Source of the DNA: Seison nebaliae
Taxonomy: Eukaryota
Direction: 5' to 3'
DNA: 64,000 nucleotides
NCBI GenBank assembly: GCA_023231475.1
Contig: JALJEE010002534.1
Location: 1-64,000, forward strand
Shown here: positions 50,471 through 61,115 of the stretch, piece by piece
How positions within the stretch are numbered: position 1 is the first letter of the stretch
How the letters are laid out: every line of letters begins with the position of its first letter
Position numbers and translations under genes: made by a program
Notes under the pieces: model-generated
Told to the model about the DNA's origin: nothing
The model's input: the letters and a program-made list of their open reading frames with translations, nothing else
The model's database searches: none

Positions 50471-53461
50471 ATGAGATTTTTCCACCGATTGGCCGTCGTA
50501 CATCAACCGTCGAAAATAGAAAGTAAATGGATCGATCGATGGAGGAAAGCGAAATTGTTCAATTCGCCGAACAAGTTCAATGGCAGTCAAGTTCTCCTTT
50601 TTCCGCCTCCCAATGTCACTGGACGTTTACATTTGGGTCATTGTCTGACGGCGACGATTGAAGATTCGATAATTCGACAGTTTCCATTCCCCTCTTTCAA
50701 TTTCACTTCCTTCCTTGCAGTCAACGGATGAAAAAAGGAAAAATGGAACATTTCGTTGCAGGATACGATCATGCAGGAATCGCTACTCAAGTGATGGTGG
50801 AGAAGGATGTGATGACGAAAATGAAATTAACTAAAGATGAATTGGGAGAGGAAACTTTTCGCTCCCAATTGGACAAATGGAAAACGCAGAAGATTTCCGA
50901 AATCTCTTCCCAATTAGATAAATTTGCAACGAGTGTTTGTGAGAAGGACAAAAGATATTATACGATGGATCATCACCATTCGGTGATTGTGAGGAATGCT
51001 TTCGTTCGATTATGGAATTCAAACCATATATATCGTCAAAAGAAAATGATCAACTGGTGTTCCACATTGCGCTCAGTCATCAGTGACAGTGAAGTTAAGA
51101 TTTCTCTGAAAAAAAAATTGCACAAAAAATGTTGATATTTTTCTGCACAAAAATTGCACAAAAAATGTTGATATTTTTCTGCATAAAAATTGTTCATATT
51201 TTTCTGCACAAAAATTGCACAAAAATTGTTGATATTTTTCTGCACAAAAATTGCACGAAAAATGTTGATATTTTTCTGCAGAAAAATTGCACAAACAATA
51301 TTGATATTTTTCTGCACAAAGATTACATAAAAAATAATAAAGTTTTTGTGCATAAAAATGGGAAAAAAATTTGAAAGTTTTTCTCCAAAAAAATGTTGAA
51401 ATAAAATATAAAATTTTTTGTTTAGATCGATAATGTGGAATTGAAAGGGAAAACTCAAATAAATGTACCGGGTTATCGTCGACCGATCGATTTCGGTCAA
51501 ATGTATTATATCAATTATCGATTAGTCGGTTTCCAATTGTCTTTTCATCCAATTCTCAGTTTTACCATTTTCGCATCTGATTAATAGATGGAAATGGTGT
51601 GGAGATACCGGTAGCGACAACACGACCAGAAACCATTTTAGGAGATGTTGCATTAACCGTGCATCCGAAGGGTAAATATGCAAAATTTATCGGGCAGTTC
51701 GTCAGTCATCCCTTACGGGACGAATACCATCTGCCGATATTGGCGAATGAGAATGTAGACATAGAGATTGGAAGTGGAGTCTGTAAAATAACTCCTGGTC
51801 ATGACAAGAGTGATTACGAGTATTATTTGAAGGAGAAGAGTCTGACTGAGATTATCGAGATTTTAGATAATGAAGGAAATGTGACGTTGGATGATGAGAA
51901 TCGTTTCCAAATCCGTCAGAAGAAACGTTACGATGTTCGCGATGAAATAATCGATCGATTAACGATATCATGTAAATTGACACGAATCGAATCACATTCG
52001 ATGATTCTTCCGATTTGTAGTCGATCGAAGGACGTAATTGAACCGAGATTGACATATCAATATTTCCTGCGATGTGGTGATGTTAAATGGAAATTGTTAG
52101 AGGAATTGGAACATCTTCGTATTGAACCTGATTATTCGAAGAGGTTAATGAGAAATTGGTTAGAGAAAATGAATGATTGGTGTATCTCACGACAGTTGTG
52201 GTGGGGACATCGAATTCCGATAATTCGATTAGAATTTGAAAATAAAATCAAATTTATTTGTGAAGCGAATGAATTGGAGACAAATCGAATTATCGACGAA
52301 ATGAAACGAGAACATCCGCATATGAAAATTATAAAAGAGAACGATGTTTTAGATACCTGGTTTTCGAGTGCATTAATTCCGTTGGCTATTCAAAATTGGT
52401 CACTTCCTCAACAATCACGACCGTTACAGACATTACCATTATTGGAAAGTGGTTATGATATCATTTTCTTTTGGGCCATTCGAATGATGGTTCTCTCACA
52501 ATTATTGGAGAATCATCGTCCTTTTCATCATTATTTATTCCACGGATTGATCTGTGACGAGAATGGCGAGAAAATGAGTAAATCGAAAGGAAATGTCATC
52601 GATCCGATAAAGTTGATGGAAAAGGGTGGAAAGAATAATATCGGAATCGATACCATCCGATTGGCACTTGCTTCCATTCAATACAAATCGCAAATTTGTA
52701 AATTCCATTTATCGATAATTGATCAATCGAAATTATTCTTGAATAAATTGTGGAATAGTTTCAATTTCGTTCGAATTATCTCCGAGAAAAATTCTGATCC
52801 GATTCGGCAATTCGATGAAATCAAATCCGATTCCTTTCATATCTCTCCCGTCGATTTTTGGATGTTGGGAGAATTGAATGAATTAATCGAAACCGTTGAA
52901 CAGGATTGGAATCATCATTCACTCCCCTCCATCGTCAATTCCATACGAAGTTTTCATATCAAAATTTTTTGTGACATTTATCTCTCATATATTCGAGATC
53001 GTTTAAATCGATCTACGAATGTCGACGAATCGAAATTCATCATTTCCATCCTTCATCATATCATCACCATCATCGTCCGATTACTTCATCCGATAGTTCC
53101 ATGTATGACGGAAGAAATCCATGAACAATTGGGAAATGAGAATTTTCTCATACTCTCATCATATCCCACTCCATTCTCGTTGGAACATGAAACTTTCAAT
53201 TTCCATCAACTACGACGAGAAATGACTGATATTGTTCATCAATTGTCGTCCCTTCGTCTCCAACTACAGAAGAAACAGATCAAAATGAAGAGTATTCAAG
53301 AGATTGAACTCAATTCACGTCAATTCCAATCGAGACGGTTTATGAAAAACGAAATTCTTCAAATTTTTCTTTCTTCTCAATTCGGATCGAAATTTCATTT
53401 CAATCTCATTGACGACTCATTTCAAAATCCAAACATAATTTTAAATATTAAATTAAAATAA
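50471..53461 (+). CDS. VARS2: Valyl-tRNA synthetase, probably mitochondrial; introns 50680-50720, 51094-51425, 51529-51587
   Basis: PPPNVTGRLHLGH (HIGH), DHAGIATQ, ATTRPET, WCISRQLWWGHRIP, KMSKS; short transit-like N-terminus. Confidence 0.88.
51100..51355. repeat. Intronic minisatellite, about 33-bp unit (aaaaattgcacaaaaaatgttgatatttttctgcac)
   Basis: About six to seven imperfect tandem copies in ValRS intron 2. Confidence 0.9.
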
Positions 53462-53790
53462 AATTCAAATTTCGATTATCATCAATTTGATATTAAATAT
53501 TTAATTTTAATTCATAAAATCACATTTTTTAATTTACCATCATCAATTTCCATTAAGATATTTTCAAATTAATTCCGATTAATATGAAAATATTTTTCTC
53601 ATTGAGAAGATATCGATAATTTGATGATTAATTATCAGGATTGATCAATTTGTTGAAATTGAATTGAGTAAAAATTTCAGAGAAATCTTTCTGTGTAAAA
53701 TAATTAGAAGTTTTTTGCTTTTCACTTTTCTACTTTCGAGATCAAATTCTCATTTCTTTTTCTTTTACGTTGTTTCTTTGACTAATATTT

Positions 53791-55287
53791 ATGTTGCCGG
53801 AAAATTATCCGAAATTGTTATTTGCACTACGTCGAGCTGAAGTAAACAAATTGTATGAAGGCGATGTTGGAATTCAAGGTTTTTTTAACGCCATTCATCT
53901 CGGCGTTTGTATGACGAATGCGGTTTTTGCGGTCATTGTGTCTTCGACTAAATTGTCCGCCAAATTGGAAACCTGCACCGCAAACAAAGAGTACGACGAA
54001 GAACATCTGAAGAAAATTCGACATTGTCCAACTTTCATCGATCCGGCAGTGCACAATAAAGTCTCTCATGGTCAAGTGCTCTGCAAAGGATTGTTACAAT
54101 CGATAAAAAATGAAAAATATGATTCGCCTTGTGGATTGGCCGCCGATTATTTCCTGACGAAAAGTTACAACCATAAAACATTGGAGAATGAACCGATCGC
54201 ATATGCGTGTGCGGTTCGACGGTGCAAAGATGAATACACGTCTGAAACATCGAGATTGACATCGGTTATCAGCGATTTATTCGAGGAGAAATTCGAAATC
54301 GTCGTCAAAGTAGATGTCGATGATAACGCGAAAATAATAGCGACATGGTCGAAAAATCTGAAGATGTTAGATTTGGAATACAATTTATTCTTGTTGATGA
54401 TGGTGGGATTGGTGGAGCCGTTCGGTCGAAGACACTTATCATCAGATTTATTGAATAAAATGGAGGATGTGAATTTGGAAATTATCAATCGACAATTCAT
54501 GAGATTCGATGTAAATGATCCGGAAATTATCAGTGCCAGTTTTATAGACTTCATGTTCGATTTCCATCTGAGAACTTTCGAAGAAACGATCAATTTGATT
54601 ATGCCCAAAATAATGAATAATGAAGAAACAGAACTGGCAGATCTACAACGTTTGAATATAATTTATACGTTGAAAGCAGTAAAACTACCCGACGTCATGA
54701 ACGACGAGACTCTCACTTTCCAATTTAAATTTGGGGGTTTAGATCACAAGAGATATACGTTGAGGTCGATGATCTTTGTCCAATTTTCTGAAGATAGTTT
54801 CCCATTGGGCAATATCGGTTTGCCACTGCCTACTCCCGAGGAATGGACTATAAAGCAAATTCAATTCCATCAATGTTCTATTGAATATTTGAAGTTGACT
54901 GAGACAGCGTTTGGTGACAGAGGGGCCGATTACTTAGCCTATTATAAACGTTTTCCCGACGCATTTAGAGATGTCTCTTATTTAGTTTGTATGAAGATGA
55001 TTACCGATGTGAATAGACTATTTCCTGCCGAACATCAAGCACACGCTCTCGCTCTCATACGCGATCCGAGAGATGAATGGATATTGATGAATGATGCCTT
55101 ACCATACAAAATACGGGACATTAACAATTTTGTTAAATATTTCCGCGAAGAGAGAATTGTTCGAATTCTTCTCGAATCTATTCCAGACGGAAAAGTTGAT
55201 GAACCTACTGCCATCACTACTACCACCACGACGACGACTACTACTACTACTACTACTGGTGATGATACAGTTTCCACTAGTTTCTAA
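53791..55287 (+). CDS. Divergent USP (peptidase C19)-like cysteine protease, intronless
   Basis: Cys-box-like GFFNAIHLGVCMTNAVF, YTLRSMI and His-box-like HALALIRDPRDEWILMNDA. Confidence 0.5.
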   Translation: MLPENYPKLLFALRRAEVNKLYEGDVGIQGFFNAIHLGVCMTNAVFAVIVSSTKLSAKLETCTANKEYDEEHLKKIRHCPTFIDPAVHNKVSHGQVLCKGLLQSIKNEKYDSPCGLAADYFLTKSYNHKTLENEPIAYACAVRRCKDEYTSETSRLTSVISDLFEEKFEIVVKVDVDDNAKIIATWSKNLKMLDLEYNLFLLMMVGLVEPFGRRHLSSDLLNKMEDVNLEIINRQFMRFDVNDPEIISASFIDFMFDFHLRTFEETINLIMPKIMNNEETELADLQRLNIIYTLKAVKLPDVMNDETLTFQFKFGGLDHKRYTLRSMIFVQFSEDSFPLGNIGLPLPTPEEWTIKQIQFHQCSIEYLKLTETAFGDRGADYLAYYKRFPDAFRDVSYLVCMKMITDVNRLFPAEHQAHALALIRDPRDEWILMNDALPYKIRDINNFVKYFREERIVRILLESIPDGKVDEPTAITTTTTTTTTTTTTTGDDTVSTSF

Positions 55288-55959
55288 TCGACAACAAGTT
55301 GAAATGTAACAATTAAATGGAAGGGAAGTAAATAGTAAGTTTTGTAAAATATTATTTTTGTAAAGTAAATTTAAATTAATTAAGTATCTTAATAAATCTC
55401 TCTCAATTTAGTTTAACATTGAAATATTGAACAAAAAAATCTCTCAATCTTGATTCAATTAAATAAAATTAACAATTAGAAGAGTTGAAGGAAAATAATT
55501 TCATTCAATTTGAATTGGATAAAAATGAATTGGTATTATGAAAGTACGCATTTTTTTAAACCTATAAAACTATTTTAAAGAAATTTACATATTAGAAAAA
55601 TGATTTAGGGCTAATAAAAAGAAGCTTACTACAAAATGTCTCATCTTGTCCTCACACGACGATATGTAATACATACCGTATCTTGCTCCACATCAGACAA
55701 AGTCACTGAAAAGGACATTGTCGGATAACAAATTATCAGTTGGATGACGACTAGTATGTATCATAAAATGTTCATTTCCTTCAAACTTGTTAAAATTGTA
55801 AAGTTTTTTTTAAATTATAAAAATTTATTTGAAATGAGAAATTTAAAAGAGACTTAACATAGGAATAATGGAAAGCGAGAAATGAGAGAGTAAAGAAAAG
55901 AATAGTCATAAATTGAAAAATTCTGAGGATTTATAAGCAATTGTCGAATTATTTTGTTG

Positions 55960-56716
55960 ATGATGATCTTTATGGTATTCCTAATGGAATTCCAGAATCA
56001 TCGATCATTCCTAGGGGTTCTAGAATGTAGCGCGTGAACCATTCCCCCACAACTACAATTCGTCTAAACGTTTCCGGTTTTTTTAAGTCTATCTAGTTGC
56101 CAATGGTGGTCGGTTTGGCGACCTATGAGTAAAAAGTTTGTAATCTGATTAAGACCCTGGTAATTGTTTGTTAGAATTGCTCATCGTACAGTCTGTGCCA
56201 TTGGACAAATGGTTTCCTTTATAAATATTCCAATTTGTTTATGAGGAACGACAATTTTCCAGATGATTATCTGGGAATGTTGCCGTTCCATATCATATCC
56301 AAGAACAGCGCCCTGGTTTATGTGTTATCTTCTTCAAGATGTCACCCATTCGTTATTGGTGAAACTGTCTGGAAGTATTTAATTTCCATCGAGAACGATC
56401 GTTGAGGAGATTCTCTCATGATCGATCAATCCCCATTTTGTCCTCAATCGATTTGAGCGAACGATGAGGAAGATTCCTTCCAAATTTCTTCATTTTCCCG
56501 ATCATGAGATGAATCTCCTCATCGATGTTCCAATGAACTATAGGAGGAGGACCGGACTCGCTCCACTTCCATCGACATAGTCCGATTCCATCTTTTTTCC
56601 AGATTTTCCCGATTTTTTTCGAATACTGTTTCCTTTTCCCGATAATAAACATATTCAGTTGATGTAATCGATTGATTATGTCCTCCAATGAATCCATTCC
56701 CCTTCTCCAGAATCAT
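55960..56716 (-). pseudogene. Possible decayed non-LTR retrotransposon fragment
   Basis: Broken frames; DLKKPETFRRIVVVGEWFTRYILE resembles the RT N-terminal xxNYRPISLL..K.LE block. Confidence 0.3.
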
Positions 56717-57482
56717 TTTTTTTTTAGTTTCCGTCTTTCCGATTCTAAATTAAAGTAAAATTCAAAAAATAGTCAAATGAAAAAAATAGAAAGACAAAAA
56801 AACTTTATTTAAAACTTTTCATAATTCTCGAAATTAAAATATAATGAATTTGAATAAATGAATTTCGCTCAATTTATATCAATGAACGTACAAACTTGAC
56901 TTGTATTAAGCGCGTCGTTCTAATCCATTTGACATGACGTGTCCATTTGTCGTAAATTCTTAAAGGAAACATGAAAAGGATGACGTGTTAACATGACGTG
57001 TGTGAATTTAATTGGAGAATATCGAATATAAAATTTTTGAAATTCGTACAAAATGAAAAAAATACCGTACAAGATCATCTATTGACGTGTAATAGAGATG
57101 GAAGAAATTTCAATCCAGAAATTTCTGAAATTAATTTTTTTTTAAATTTTCAGAATATTTTTCGATTTTTTTCTATCGATTTTTTCTTCCATCTTCTCGT
57201 TGGAACAATTGTGAAATGATTCCAAAAGAAATTTTCAATCAACTATTCTAACGAACAATATTGTTGTTTATTTTTGTTCCGCATCTTATCCGATCGAACA
57301 ACAAATATCAAATTGAGAAGACAAAAAAATTGGATGGACGTGATTTGAAAAGGTGAAAGCGGGCAGCAAATCATCAATTAATTCCCCAAAATTGCAGAAC
57401 AAGTAGTTGATGGAGTGAAATGGAACGTTTCAATCGTTCGATAACTTTAATTGTGATTGAATGTACCGCATGAAATTTGACC

Positions 57483-57490
57483 TATAAAAA
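57483..57490 (+). promoter_or_regulatory. Candidate TATA box
   Basis: TATAAAAA about 90 nt upstream of the ATG at 57575. Confidence 0.4.
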
Positions 57491-57574
57491 TGAAGAGAAT
57501 TTTTTTAGAATTTATCAATTCAATTTTCCTATCAATCTCTCAATTTAACACCAATTCAAATCATTTACAAAAAT

Positions 57575-58119
57575 ATGAACACTTTAAAGTTTTTAATTAT
57601 TCTCTTCTGCATCTGTGTCTCCCAATATGAGGGTTAGAAATTTGAATTTCATTTTTTAATTCTCATACATTTTCAGCATTCTTCTGGGGAGGACGAGGAC
57701 GAGGAGGCGCTGGCGCCGGAGCAAAAGCCAATGCAGCTGCCAAAGTCGATGCTCAAGCAGCAGCCAAAGCTCAAGCAGCAGCCAAAGCACAAGTAGCAGG
57801 ACAGGCACAAGCTAAAGGATCAGCTGGGGCTGGAGTCGGTGGTAAAGTTGGTGGAGGGTTCTCATTGGGAGGAGGAATCGGTTTGAATCCGTTCTCCGGT
57901 TTAACTGCTGGTGTCACCGGTTCAGGAAACGCATACGCTCAAGGAAATGCTCATGCAAATGCACAACTTAGTGGATCAGCAGCCGCCCAAGGAACTGCAG
58001 CCGCTCAAGGAAGTGCACAAGCTGTCGGTAGCGGTTCAGCACAAGGAAACGCCGGTGCTAGTGCTGGTGCTCACGGATATGGTCAAGGACAAGGCTTCGG
58101 AGGTTTCGGTCGACGATAA
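57575..58119 (+). CDS. Secreted Gly/Ala/Gln-rich low-complexity structural protein; intron 57633-57676
   Basis: Signal peptide MNTLKFLIILFCICVSQYEA, then FFWGGRGRGG, AQAAAK and AAAQG repeats, ending GQGFGGFGRR. Confidence 0.75.
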
Positions 58120-59006
58120 GGAGAGAATGTGAAATTAATTACTTTATAGTTGAAGAAATTCTTATTTGATTTTCTGATAGTATGATTTAGAATGAGCATA
58201 TTCTATTCTATGTATTTTCAATGTATCCTCTTCGAAGAGAATAATAAAATTTATTTTATTTTCCCCAATTTTTTTCCGCCAATTTACTTCTTTTATTCTT
58301 CTCCAAATGATATTCTTTAGAATCTAACAATCTTCATTTATGAATTCAAATGAAATTTCACTTAGAACTCTTCAAATTTACATTTCTTCTTCTACACTGT
58401 AGACTAATTGACGATAGACAATATCAGTCAAGAAATTTGAAAATTAGAAATCGTTATAATTGGATGGAGAATGTTCCTAAATGTAATTATAGTTGTAATT
58501 ATAAATCATTATAGAAATAATATTAAGAAATCACGTCAAATGCTGATATTTATGTCGGTGACACGATTATAGAGGTGGTTTTTCACTGGGTGAAAGGCCT
58601 CGGGTTCAATATAATTCAATTGCCGTAAAAAACGAATGTCATAGGAAAATGCACATAAAATGCACATAGAATGCACGACTTTTTAAATCTAAACAAATTG
58701 AGTATGAAGGAACGCCAATCACAGAACTGATGGAAAACATTCATTATTTGAATTGTTTTTCCTTTTCTGTTATGGTGCACAAAAATTGATTTGTGCACCT
58801 AAAGTTATTTTCTTATAAAATCATCAATTTTCTCACAGAATGCTTGTGGAGATGTTCATAATGGATATTTATTTGCATAATCAATAATAACGAATGGACA
58901 CAAGAAGAACGAGAAAATGTATTGGAGAGGAGATGATTGATTGAGTAGGAGGGAAGTGATCGGCACCGGAAGAGCATTTGTGGAAAAAGTTTATCCTTTC
59001 CTCCAA

Positions 59007-61115
59007 TTAGAACGAGGGTATTTGACTGATGAGAATCTGATCAAGAGAATCGAAAGGAGGAAGTGTTCCGTTGAAGAATGGTAAAGAATTGCGTTGTAAT
59101 TTTTTCGGATCGGTCTCATATTTCCCTGATTGATAACAGAGGAAAGTGACGAGTTCCTTCTTATAGAAAGCGAAACAAAATTTCCAATAATGTTCATCTT
59201 TTTTCGATATGTTCAATTTGTTCATCCAATAACCATGATCTGGATCGTCTTTCTTCACTTCCCCGTCGTAAGTGATATGGAAGAAATTGTTATTTTTGAA
59301 ATAATCGCGAATATGCTCCTGTGCGTCATAGAGAGAGGTGAATGAAATGAAAATATTTAATTTGGAATTTAATTGAAATAATTGTCGTTGATAAATGCGA
59401 CGACGATGGAATGAGAGTGTGGTGAGTTTGCGATGAACACAATCCTCCACTCGATAGTCGACAGATATGCGTGCCATGTCAAATGGTTGAGAATAGTCGG
59501 TGGGAATGATATTGGAAGATGACGTTTTATCGAAATATAATTGATTGACGATTTGTTTAATATCCACATCATTCAATCGATAATTGATTTGAAGACATTT
59601 CTGTTGGAGAATTAATTGTTCATAACGATCAATCGATGAGCTGGACAATGATGATGATGATGATGATGATGGTGGATATGATGAGAAGAAATAGTTGTGA
59701 TTTGATAACTCACAATCGATCACCTCCAAATTCTGATTGAGACAATGTGCCTCATTCTGTAGATGAATCACCGATTTGATCGGTACACTATTATTCCATG
59801 AGGATGATTTATGATTGAAAATTTTTGAAAATTCCTCATAAACATTCTCGATGAACCAATGAATATCTCTACATTTCAATTGTTTAATTAATTCAAAACG
59901 TTCCGTCAAATCCTCTTCGTCTATTGGAATGACATTTGGATTTAATTGATAATATTGTGGCAAATAAGAATCCATCCACAATTCCGCTAATCGTTTCCCG
60001 TTCCGTTTGATGATATGAGCAGCTCCTCCTCCCGGAAACTGATATGGATGTTGTGTACGGAACACGTGCGACACATGGGAACATGGTACAAGAATTAATT
60101 TTCCATGACAATTCCAAATTCGGAGAGAGATCTCGACATTCTCACTTCCCCATACCGACATGCCACGATCATACGCGCCGATATCGAGGAAAAATTGTCG
60201 ATGAATAGCGAAAATGCCACCAGCGAATGTTGGCGTCACATATGGTTGGACAACATTCTTCTTATTACGGAGAATGTCTTCCGTCGACATTGAAATCCAG
60301 GAGAAACGTAACTCTTTATCAATCCCACCCAATATATAAGTTGAAGCTTTATTAAATTCAAATGTTTTCTCATCGATTATATTCAAAATTGGAGACGCGA
60401 CAATTCTCATATCATCTTTCATTGATTCGATTAATGGTCTCAACCAATTCGCATCACATTCACAATGAGAATCGAGAAAGACCATTATATCGATATTTCT
60501 CATATGGACCGTTCCTTTCATACGAGATCTAATCAATCCTTCTCGTTGACTATTACGATAGAGTGAGATACGATGATCATATTCCAATAATTCTTTTCCG
60601 TCTCTTTCGTCGGCGCTGAAGTCGTCGATGAGAACTATCTTCTCAATCTTGATTCCATCAACACTTCGTGTAGCGCAACTCTCGATCGTTCGAATGAGTG
60701 TCGATCGAGCTTCGTTGACGAATGTTATGATAATGCCGACGGTTTTCTTCTGTATATAATTCTCTCGAGAAAACTTCTCCGAACATTTGTAAGGGAAGAA
60801 GAGTGGCGGATCTCGATACAAGCCAATCTCGTCACTCTTCTTAACATTGAAATAGTTTCGGTGGAATTCTTTCGTTTGTGCACCGCCTCGCACATAGTGC
60901 ACATAAGAGAAATTGTTTTTGGGTGCGATGGGATGATGCGGGGACTTCTTGTTGAAATGTTGGAAGATTTTGTTGGAGGAAACAGATGAAATGTGGATAG
61001 TTTGTTCAGATCGTTCGCTGTCGCTTAAGAGTAGAATTGTCGCCCACAACCACCAGAATGTGGTTACGGCTATGAAGAATTTCCAACGAAAGAGACGAAA
61101 ATAACGTTTTAACAT
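59007..61115 (-). CDS. Polypeptide N-acetylgalactosaminyltransferase (GALNT2-like), intronless
   Basis: TM anchor, ITFVNEARSTLIRT, REGLIRSR, FLDSHCEC, WGSENVEISLRIW, HVFR. Confidence 0.92.
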   Translation of the reverse strand: MLKRYFRLFRWKFFIAVTTFWWLWATILLLSDSERSEQTIHISSVSSNKIFQHFNKKSPHHPIAPKNNFSYVHYVRGGAQTKEFHRNYFNVKKSDEIGLYRDPPLFFPYKCSEKFSRENYIQKKTVGIIITFVNEARSTLIRTIESCATRSVDGIKIEKIVLIDDFSADERDGKELLEYDHRISLYRNSQREGLIRSRMKGTVHMRNIDIMVFLDSHCECDANWLRPLIESMKDDMRIVASPILNIIDEKTFEFNKASTYILGGIDKELRFSWISMSTEDILRNKKNVVQPYVTPTFAGGIFAIHRQFFLDIGAYDRGMSVWGSENVEISLRIWNCHGKLILVPCSHVSHVFRTQHPYQFPGGGAAHIIKRNGKRLAELWMDSYLPQYYQLNPNVIPIDEEDLTERFELIKQLKCRDIHWFIENVYEEFSKIFNHKSSSWNNSVPIKSVIHLQNEAHCLNQNLEVIDCELSNHNYFFSSYPPSSSSSSSLSSSSIDRYEQLILQQKCLQINYRLNDVDIKQIVNQLYFDKTSSSNIIPTDYSQPFDMARISVDYRVEDCVHRKLTTLSFHRRRIYQRQLFQLNSKLNIFISFTSLYDAQEHIRDYFKNNNFFHITYDGEVKKDDPDHGYWMNKLNISKKDEHYWKFCFAFYKKELVTFLCYQSGKYETDPKKLQRNSLPFFNGTLPPFDSLDQILISQIPSF

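Noticed and set aside
51100..51355. CRISPR-like array
   Set aside because: Tandem units without unique spacers, inside a eukaryotic intron, with no cas genes
2088..57676. U12-type minor introns or an introner family as the cause of the odd donors
   Set aside because: No GTATCCTT/ATATCCTT donors or TCCTTAAC branch sites were seen, and the introns share no sequence or terminal repeats
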